Shown here piece by piece: positions 46,851 through 52,512 of a stretch of DNA of 64,000 nucleotides (position 1 is the stretch's first letter; each line of letters begins with the position of its first letter). A model generated the notes under the pieces. That model made no database searches, had not been told where the DNA came from, and saw only the letters and a list, made by a program, of their open reading frames with translations. A program made the position numbers and the translations under genes. Origin of the DNA: a virus; the IMG/VR virus record IMGVR_UViG_3300042445_001340, positions 4,668 to 68,667 of that record; one strand, written 5' to 3'.

Positions 46851-47194
46851 GACAGCTTATTCTGTTACGAGGAAAGCTGTCGAAACCCTAAGCAGCCCTA
46901 TTTAGGCTGCCAATGCGTACGTGTTATCGTTTGCAGTTATTTTTGTTTTGTGTCTGCGGCCAGGAATCCCTAACCCTACGGCTTCTACATTGCCGAGTTG
47001 TCCGCTTTGCTACTCTTAGCCCGGTCGATCCTGTGTCAGGCCCATCAAAAGCACTCCTAGTGTTCCTAGGTCGGGAATTCCAGCCATCAGCCGTATGAGA
47101 AACAGCTTACTTGCTACCCTACTCAATGCTTATGGTGGACCTGGCGGGCACTGCCCCCGCGTGTCAGACTCTTTTGGTTTCGCTTCATACAACC
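46851..47194 (-). ncRNA. ssrA: Circularly permuted two-piece tmRNA: acceptor piece ~47194-47133, intervening segment 47132-47044, coding piece 47043-~46851; tag ANDNTYALAA
   Basis: GGGCCUG pairs with CAGGUCC-ACCA with G3:U70; T-arm GCGGG-GGCAGUG-CCCGC; D-loop-like ACACAGGAUCGAC; tag codons 46934-46902 after AAAAUAACU. Confidence 0.92.
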
Positions 47195-47289
47195 ATATCT
47201 ATAACCACTAGGGACTCGAACCCCGTATTCTGGTGGCCTACCAGTAGTTCCAAACTGCCAGAGCGACTGGTAGTGGTTATAGATATGGT
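47192..47289 (-). ncRNA. Stem-enclosed RNA cassette D with a T-loop
   Basis: Perfect 19-bp inverted repeat 47192-47210/47271-47289; internal GGGG-UUCGAGU-CCC. Confidence 0.7.
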
Positions 47290-47359
47290 GCCCCATGACA
47301 GAATCGAACTGCCGTAACCTGATTACAAAACAGGTGTAATACCATTATACTAATAGGGC
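47286..47359 (-). tRNA. tRNA-Thr(TGT)
   Basis: Loop TTTGTAA, ends ACCA. Confidence 0.9.
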
Positions 47360-47361
47360 AT

Positions 47362-47438
47362 TGGAGTCGGTGACAGGACTCGAACCTGCATAAAACGGAT
47401 TTGCAATCCGTGGCCTAGCCGTTCAGCTACACACCGAC
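47362..47438 (-). tRNA. tRNA-Cys(GCA)
   Basis: Loop TTGCAAA, U73. Confidence 0.9.
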
Positions 47439-47439
47439 A

Positions 47440-47643
47440 TTAAATTTGACGAGTACGTACTACTGTTTCAAAACTACTCCAGCAACGCTCAAACTTCATT
47501 TGATACATTTGCTTGAGTCCGATCAGGTAATTCATACGCTGATCTTCGTCCATGTTATCGTGCATATCCAGGTACAACTGAATGTCGTCAGTGACATTCC
47601 AGCACTGCATAATATTTTGTTCTAGGTCAAAGCGGTCAGTCAT
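47440..47643 (-). CDS. Small conserved phage protein
   Basis: DRFDLEQNIMQCWNVTDDI...NYLIGLKQMYQMKF. Confidence 0.65.
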   Translation of the reverse strand: MTDRFDLEQNIMQCWNVTDDIQLYLDMHDNMDEDQRMNYLIGLKQMYQMKFERCWSSFETVVRTRQI

Positions 47644-47773
47644 TTTGTAGTTCCTGTAATTTTTGTGTTAGTGCTAAGTTAACAAATTCACTTAAAGTTA
47701 AGTTTAAGTTTTTTGCTAATTGTTTTACTTGTTTTAATAGTTGCGCGTCAATGTGTATTGTAATCGTTTTCAT
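47636..47773 (-). CDS. Ribbon-helix-helix DNA-binding protein (45 aa, not in the ORF track)
   Basis: MKTITIHIDAQLLKQVKQLAKNLNLTLSEFVNLAL matches the RHH pattern. Confidence 0.65.
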   Translation of the reverse strand: MKTITIHIDAQLLKQVKQLAKNLNLTLSEFVNLALTQKLQELQND

Positions 47774-47774
47774 G

Positions 47775-48245
47775 TCAATTGGCAAGTACAAATTTTAGTC
47801 TGTCGGCCGCGTAACTTGCAGCAAATGCTTTGGGCTTAACCTGTGCGTCAATATTACAAGTTCCCTTGATATACCCAACAGCCTGTTGTACAACTGCTGA
47901 ACTTTTATAACGCTCGTTGGGATTAATGTCTAAGTGAACTTCAACGTGGCGATCTTCTAAGACGTCTGATAACTCGTGAAATAAGTCACTGACTTTGTAA
48001 ACTTCTTGCATTAGTCGCATTGAGGGCTTATTGGCTTTTTGATCCCAATCCCGTTCACGCTGAATACTACCAAAGATTTTGCACCCATGATTACCATCAA
48101 TATGCACAACAACTGCCAGAGTGTAGTCTGCGTACCAGTTTTCACCAATTTTAACTCGTTCCGAATCAGCACCAAGATAAATCTTAGTTTCTGGTGAACT
48201 TTGTCGAATATAGTTTTTTACTTCTTCAAGATTAAATTCACGCAT
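47775..48245 (-). CDS. YkuK/DUF458-family RNase H-like nuclease
   Basis: IYLGADS, RLMQEV, EVHLDIN, ASYAAD. Confidence 0.8.
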   Translation of the reverse strand: MREFNLEEVKNYIRQSSPETKIYLGADSERVKIGENWYADYTLAVVVHIDGNHGCKIFGSIQRERDWDQKANKPSMRLMQEVYKVSDLFHELSDVLEDRHVEVHLDINPNERYKSSAVVQQAVGYIKGTCNIDAQVKPKAFAASYAADRLKFVLAN

Positions 48246-48258
48246 AGTTTATTTTAAA

Positions 48259-48335
48259 TGGAGGGTCTGGAGGAAGTCGAATCCCCAACCTCTTGGTTCG
48301 TAGCCAAGTGCTCTCATCCATTGAGCTACAGACCC
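48259..48335 (-). tRNA. tRNA-Arg(ACG)
   Basis: Loop CTACGAA. Confidence 0.9.
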
Positions 48336-48338
48336 CGG

Positions 48339-48412
48339 TGGCAGAGGATAGAAGAATCGAACTTCTGACAACGGAATCAAAATCCGTGGTTATACCATTT
48401 AACTAATCCCCA
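48339..48412 (-). tRNA. tRNA-Gln(TTG)
   Basis: Loop TTTTGAT, U1. Confidence 0.9.
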
Positions 48413-48419
48413 ACAAAAC

Positions 48420-48494
48420 TGGCTCCACAGGCAGGGATCGAACCTACGACCAATTGATTAACAGTCAACTGCACTACCGCTGTGCTACTGTGGA
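48420..48494 (-). tRNA. tRNA-Asn(GTT)
   Basis: Loop CTGTTAA. Confidence 0.92.
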
Positions 48495-48495
48495 A

Positions 48496-48708
48496 TACTT
48501 AATACTAGTGCCCGGTGCGCCAACCCCGAGTGAGCTTCAGCGGCAGAAAAGGATACCACTTACACACTATAGCGCATTTTCACTAGAATTAAATATGCTG
48601 GTTACTTTTTCCAGCGTGCACTAACGGGGCACAGTCTTATTCATCCGGACGCCCGACAGGAACAACCCTTGTCATAACCGTTTACGTCTAACGAACCTAA
48701 GGCAGGTT
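48496..48708 (-). ncRNA. Two candidate structured RNAs (K2 48496-48595, K1 48596-48708)
   Basis: K2 closed by UAUUUAAUUCUAGUG/CACUAGUAUUAAGUA; K1 shares motifs with 49559-49641. Confidence 0.55.
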
Positions 48709-48709
48709 T

Positions 48710-48785
48710 TGGCGGGTCTAGGGGGTAACGATCCCCACTCTTCGGCAGTGACAGTGCCGTGTGCGTCCATGAACACTTTAGACCC
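48710..48785 (-). tRNA. tRNA-Asp(GTC)
   Basis: Loop CTGTCAC; atypical T-loop. Confidence 0.88.
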
Positions 48786-48789
48786 AATT

Positions 48790-48873
48790 TGGTACGACTG
48801 GAGGGACTTGAACCCTCAATCCTTGCGGCGATTGATTTTAAGTCAATTGTGTATTCCATTCCACCACAGTCGC
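48790..48873 (-). tRNA. tRNA-Leu(TAA)
   Basis: Loop CTTAAAA, long variable arm. Confidence 0.9.
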
Positions 48874-48878
48874 ATAGC

Positions 48879-49223
48879 TTACATTTTACCGTTTAATTTA
48901 TTTATATTACAGGCTTCTTCGTAACCATACTTAGCTACTACATTCTCAAAAGGACTCTTATGAGTACCATTAAGCCTAGCATCTGCAACATTCTCTTTTC
49001 TAGTACCCCAATACAGATGTTGTGGATTAGAGCACTCACCATTGTTACAAGCATGGCATAAGTCTATACCAATACCTTTCGGAAAATTAGTATTCAAGTA
49101 TTGCGCTAATACGCCTCTATGATTAGTACTATTACCACCACGTTCTATACATGGTTGGCTTAAGTCTAAATGAGAAGTTCTAATATCTCTGGATTCTTTA
49201 ATCCATTCAGTTATTTGAATCAT
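48879..49223 (-). CDS. Free-standing HNH (His-Cys) endonuclease, likely homing
   Basis: LCHACNNGECSNPQHLYWGTRKENVAD; start reassigned to MIQITEW. Confidence 0.8.
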   Translation of the reverse strand: MIQITEWIKESRDIRTSHLDLSQPCIERGGNSTNHRGVLAQYLNTNFPKGIGIDLCHACNNGECSNPQHLYWGTRKENVADARLNGTHKSPFENVVAKYGYEEACNINKLNGKM

Positions 49224-49228
49224 AAATT

Positions 49229-49315
49229 TGGTGGAAACAGTTTGACTCGAACAAACAAGGCCAGTGGCAAAAGATTTACAGTCTTCCCCCGATACCATTA
49301 CGGGACTATGTTTCC
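49229..49315 (-). tRNA. tRNA-Tyr(GTA)
   Basis: Loop CTGTAAA, long variable arm. Confidence 0.88.
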
Positions 49316-49367
49316 ACTTTAAAAGATAATTATACCCGATTAAGCAATCTTGGGCAAATCTAAATTT

Positions 49368-49442
49368 TGGCACGCCCCCAAGGACTTGAACCCTGACTAA
49401 CGGTTTTGGAGACCGACGTGCTGCCAATTACACTAGGGGCAT
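49368..49442 (-). tRNA. tRNA-Trp(CCA)
   Basis: Loop CTCCAAA. Confidence 0.9.
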
Positions 49443-49445
49443 ATT

Positions 49446-49520
49446 TGGTGGTTTTGAGTAGATTCGAACTACTGACCTAGGCCGTATGAAGACCGTGCAC
49501 TACCGCTGTGCTACAAAACC
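49446..49520 (-). tRNA. tRNA with CAT anticodon (Met/Ile2), unusual loop TTCATAC
   Basis: GGTTTTG/CAAAACC-ACCA cloverleaf. Confidence 0.8.
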
Positions 49521-49523
49521 AAC

Positions 49524-49865
49524 GGCCAGAGTACAGAATACTCTGGCCTAATAATAGGTGCCGGTTACATTCTCCGGCGTGACATTTCGTTGTCACTGAA
49601 GACATTGACGCTGTTTAAAGTCCACTAAGGGGGCATAGTCTATAGCCATAAGTAAACAGTAGCTTTAATTGTGTGTTATTTTTGTGTCAGGAAACATCAA
49701 ACCCCGTGAGAGCAGCCCATCTTGTTTTCGCTTCAGCGGACGCAGGACAGTGCCTTTACGCACTGATTTGTTTACAAGCCTGCAATTGTAGTAACAGGAG
49801 CCAATCTTCCTGTATAGCCGGAGCACTCCGGTAGCTTGCGCTAGTTTGGCACGTGTGCTTTACAA
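49524..49865 (-). ncRNA. ORF-free, densely structured RNA block (several candidate ncRNAs)
   Basis: Many hairpins (UAGC-GCAA-GCUA, ACAGGA/UCCUGU, CAGUGC/GCACUG, GUGACA/UGUCAC, GCCGG/CCGGC, 10-bp GGCCAGAGUA). Confidence 0.6.
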
Positions 49866-49867
49866 AG

Positions 49868-49937
49868 TGGATGCGGGGGAAGGATTCGAACCCCTAGGGC
49901 GAGCTTATGAGACTACCCGATCACCTGAATCCCCGCG
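49868..49937 (-). tRNA. Degenerate initiator-like tRNA-fMet(CAT), 70 nt
   Basis: C1:A72 mismatch (CGCGGGG/CCCCGCA); shortened D arm; bulged anticodon stem. Confidence 0.7.
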
Positions 49938-49941
49938 TTAA

Positions 49942-50082
49942 TTAGTACATCTTTTTGAAATCGTCGCTGGTACGATTCCATACGTTTTCTAGATGCTGTA
50001 GTTCTTCCATTGATTGTGGATTTGAGTCTTTGACGAAGTCCTCGAAAGTATATGGTTGAAATACTTCTCGGACACGTGTCAT
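49942..50082 (-). CDS. Small protein (46 aa, not in the ORF track)
   Basis: MTRVREVFQPYTFEDFVKDSNPQSMEELQHLENVW... Confidence 0.5.
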   Translation of the reverse strand: MTRVREVFQPYTFEDFVKDSNPQSMEELQHLENVWNRTSDDFKKMY

Positions 50083-50086
50083 TAAC

Positions 50087-50320
50087 TCACTTAGCATTTA
50101 CGAACTCGTAAAATTTCTTGGACTTTTCAACCATGTCGTTGAAGTCAAATGGCTTTGGCACGAACTTATCTAGTTGTGCAGTGGTTATTGCAGTTTTATC
50201 TTTGACGCTATCAAACATTTCTTGTGCAAACTCTACTGAGGCTGCGTATTCTGCTTGCATTAGCTCTGCTGTCATCTTGAGAATTTCAAGACGAATTTCA
50301 AAAGGAGATTTATTACTCAT
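50087..50320 (-). CDS. Small conserved phage protein
   Basis: MSNKSPFEIRLEILKM...KSKKFYEFV; SD caggaa. Confidence 0.7.
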   Translation of the reverse strand: MSNKSPFEIRLEILKMTAELMQAEYAASVEFAQEMFDSVKDKTAITTAQLDKFVPKPFDFNDMVEKSKKFYEFVNAK

Positions 50321-50423
50321 GGTTTTCCTGTGTGTTGTTGTGTAAAAGTGCCAGGCTTCCACTGGTCTTCCACCTCGTTTTATAGTCCGCGTGTCCTGGA
50401 CTGTAACTTCGGGAGAAGTTAAT

Positions 50424-50498
50424 TGGTACTGAGGGAGGATACCGAGACCTCGACCCCTCGCTTATCAAGCGAGTGCTCTGCCGCTGAGCTACCCCAGT
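50424..50498 (-). tRNA. tRNA-Ile(GAT)
   Basis: Loop TTGATAA; non-canonical T-loop CTCGGTA. Confidence 0.85.
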
Positions 50499-50504
50499 AA
50501 TATT

Positions 50505-50580
50505 TGGCCCCTGAGGTCAACGCCGATGTTGACATTCCCAACTATTGGCAAGGGTGTATACGGCCCCGCTAAACTCAAGG
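50505..50580 (-). ncRNA. 76-nt aberrant tRNA-like RNA ending in CCA
   Basis: 7-bp acceptor CCUUGAG/CUCAGGG-G-CCA; GUCAAC/GUUGAC T-arm-like stem; no UUC loop or canonical D/anticodon arms. Confidence 0.6.
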
Positions 50581-50587
50581 ATAATTT

Positions 50588-50662
50588 TGGTACTCCGAAC
50601 GGGTTTCGATCCCGCTTCTCCAACTTGAAAGGCTGGCGTCCTAGCCACTAGACGACCGGAGT
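50588..50662 (-). tRNA. tRNA-Glu(TTC)
   Basis: Loop CTTTCAA. Confidence 0.9.
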
Positions 50663-50712
50663 GTTTGTTTGAATATTAATTATACAGCGATTTAACTGTA
50701 ACTTCAACTGAA

Positions 50713-50841
50713 TATTTATAAGTTTAACCCTAACCACGGGCGAGTATGAGTCGAGACGTGGGCCTATTGCAACTACTAGGTGGATTAGTCCGTTCGTAAA
50801 GGATTGGTAATCACTCCAACTTAGGGTCAAACTTATAAATA
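50713..50841 (-). ncRNA. Stem-enclosed RNA cassette E
   Basis: 21-bp closing stem (1 GU), 50713-50733/50821-50841. Confidence 0.65.
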
Positions 50842-50843
50842 CT

Positions 50844-50919
50844 TGGTGCCGAAGACTGGGGTCGAACCAGTGACACACGGATTTTCAATCCGCTGCTCTA
50901 CCGCCTGAGCTACATCGGC
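50844..50919 (-). tRNA. tRNA-Phe(GAA)
   Basis: Loop TTGAAAA. Confidence 0.92.
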
Positions 50920-50924
50920 TATGC

Positions 50925-51137
50925 TTACCAAGGGTGGGTTTCTTGCCAGTTTATAGCTTCATAACCATCACAATCAATACGCCAAGGGCATTGCGACAGA
51001 ATGTTGGTAGAACAATCATCGTTGCCCCAGCATTGTGGAGGTTCTGTACCACGTAGTACTACAATTTGCTTGTGTACTAGTTCACGGCGATTGGCAAGAT
51101 TGGCTTCTTTGTCTAGCAATACTTGAATTTCAGTCAT
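50925..51137 (-). CDS. Small Cys-rich protein
   Basis: MTEIQ...PQCWGNDDCS...CPWRIDC. Confidence 0.55.
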   Translation of the reverse strand: MTEIQVLLDKEANLANRRELVHKQIVVLRGTEPPQCWGNDDCSTNILSQCPWRIDCDGYEAINWQETHPW

Positions 51138-51146
51138 ATAAACCTT

Positions 51147-51221
51147 TGGGCAGACGTTACGGATTCGATCCGTTCCTACGAGTTTCACAGACTCGGGTGC
51201 TTCCACTACACTAAACGCTGC
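51147..51221 (-). tRNA. tRNA-His(GTG)
   Basis: Loop CTGTGAA; ends CCCA; bulged acceptor stem. Confidence 0.85.
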
Positions 51222-51287
51222 ATAAATTACTGCACGTTATCTCGCAGCCACTGCCAGTATTGTTCTGTTGTCATATATTTCCTTGTT

Positions 51288-51375
51288 TGGCGGAATACGT
51301 AGGAATCGAACCTACCCACCCATTACTGGATGACAGATTAGCAATCTGTTGCCTTAACCGCTCGGCCAGTATTCC
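51288..51375 (-). tRNA. tRNA-Ser(GCT)
   Basis: Loop TTGCTAA, long variable arm. Confidence 0.92.
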
Positions 51376-51409
51376 ATATTTAAATATACTTAGTAAATAC
51401 ACTTAAATA

Positions 51410-51486
51410 TGGTAGATGCTGTGAGATTCGAACTCACGACTCTCGCCTTAAAAGGGCGATACTCTAACCAGCTGAGTTAAGCATCC
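51410..51486 (-). tRNA. tRNA-Lys(TTT)
   Basis: Loop CTTTTAA. Confidence 0.92.
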
Positions 51487-51599
51487 AGGCTGCGTTTCCA
51501 TTTGCCACGAAGCTGTTTGTGGCTTTTTTGATGTGAACCACTGCCACCACACTTCATCAGCGCAAGTTGGACATGGTTACGTGGTTTTCGTGTTTTCAT
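51477..51599 (-). CDS. 40-aa basic peptide (not in the ORF track)
   Basis: SD aaagga; MKTRKPRNHVQLALMKCGGSGSHQKSHKQLRGKWKRSLDA. Confidence 0.6.
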   Translation of the reverse strand: MKTRKPRNHVQLALMKCGGSGSHQKSHKQLRGKWKRSLDA

Positions 51600-51608
51600 A
51601 TATTCCTT

Positions 51609-51684
51609 TGGTGGAGGATACAGGGATCGAACCTGCGACCTACTGCTTGCAAAGCAGCCGCTCTCCCAGCTGAGCTAATCCCCC
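51609..51684 (-). tRNA. tRNA-Ala(TGC)
   Basis: G3:U70, loop TTTGCAA. Confidence 0.93.
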
Positions 51685-51690
51685 AAATTG

Positions 51691-51774
51691 TGGTGCGTCG
51701 AGAGAGACTCGAACTCTCAATCCTTGCGGCACTGGCTTCTAAGACCAGCGTGTATACCATTCCACCACCAACGC
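51691..51774 (-). tRNA. tRNA-Leu(TAG)
   Basis: Loop CTTAGAA. Confidence 0.92.
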
Positions 51775-51775
51775 A

Positions 51776-51943
51776 TTATACTTTTATGTCTACGTTTATG
51801 CCACGACTAGGGTCTACAGGTCTGTAGTAGACTACTTGTTGCACAAACTCTTTGTTATTTTGGTCTACTTTAGTTGTGTAGACTATCTCACGTATTTTAC
51901 CCAAATACGGAGTAAATGTTCTTGAAACGCTTTTTGTTTCCAT
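51776..51943 (-). CDS. 55-aa hypothetical protein (not in the ORF track)
   Basis: METKSVSRTF...RGINVDIKV fills the gap exactly. Confidence 0.5.
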   Translation of the reverse strand: METKSVSRTFTPYLGKIREIVYTTKVDQNNKEFVQQVVYYRPVDPSRGINVDIKV

Positions 51944-52125
51944 ATTGTTGTATACTTTGTTTACTACCCACCCCGCTAAGGGTGTGTTTCTGGCTTAGCG
52001 TATTCATGACGTACACCTGTACCAGAACTCAAGCCATACCCACTAACCTTCCCGGGTGTTAGTGTTCTCAAGCTTGCAATGTTCCATAACTGAATTGGCC
52101 ACTAGCAAAGCATACAACAATATGG
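51940..52125 (-). ncRNA. Stem-enclosed RNA cassette G (~145-nt cargo)
   Basis: 20-bp stem CCAUAUUGUUGUAUGCUUUG/CAAAGUAUACAACAAUAUGG (1 GU). Confidence 0.7.
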
Positions 52126-52196
52126 TCAAGGCGGCAAGAATCGAACTTGCGCTACAACGTCCCAAACGTCGGGTGATGCCATTTCACTACGCCCTG
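52123..52196 (-). tRNA. tRNA-Pro(TGG)
   Basis: C1, loop TTTGGGA. Confidence 0.9.
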
Positions 52197-52300
52197 ATAC
52201 ACACTTTTTAGAATAGTGCGAAATCTCCCCGATATAGCGATCTGTCGGTGGAAGCAAGATCAGAATAATAATTATACAGCAAAAGGGCTGCACAATCAAG

Positions 52301-52441
52301 TCAATATTTTACAAGGGCTAAAACAGCGCTGCGATGTTCTCGGCCTAATTCATCACGAACTGCACGAATTGCTGAATCGTAGTCAGTGCCGTCACAGTCC
52401 CACACAGCTAATTTTCCGTTGATTTTGGTAAAAACTCGCAT
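52301..52441 (-). CDS. 46-aa hypothetical protein (not in the ORF track)
   Basis: MRVFTKINGKLAVWD...; lies between two promoters. Confidence 0.5.
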   Translation of the reverse strand: MRVFTKINGKLAVWDCDGTDYDSAIRAVRDELGREHRSAVLALVKY

Positions 52442-52512
52442 GGTAGTGTTTCTTTCAAAGAGTAGTAATTATACTTGAAAAAGCATATAACCACAAGTGT
52501 AAATTTTTAAAC

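Noticed and set aside
48879-49427. 182-aa version of the HNH ORF, and similar extended ORFs (50925-51206, 48641-48859, 45040-45231)
   Set aside because: The extensions run through tRNA genes, so the starts were reassigned or the ORFs dropped.
50345-50420. preQ1-I riboswitch
   Set aside because: The stem plus A-rich tail looks similar, but the loop lacks the conserved preQ1 nucleotides and the downstream gene is unrelated.
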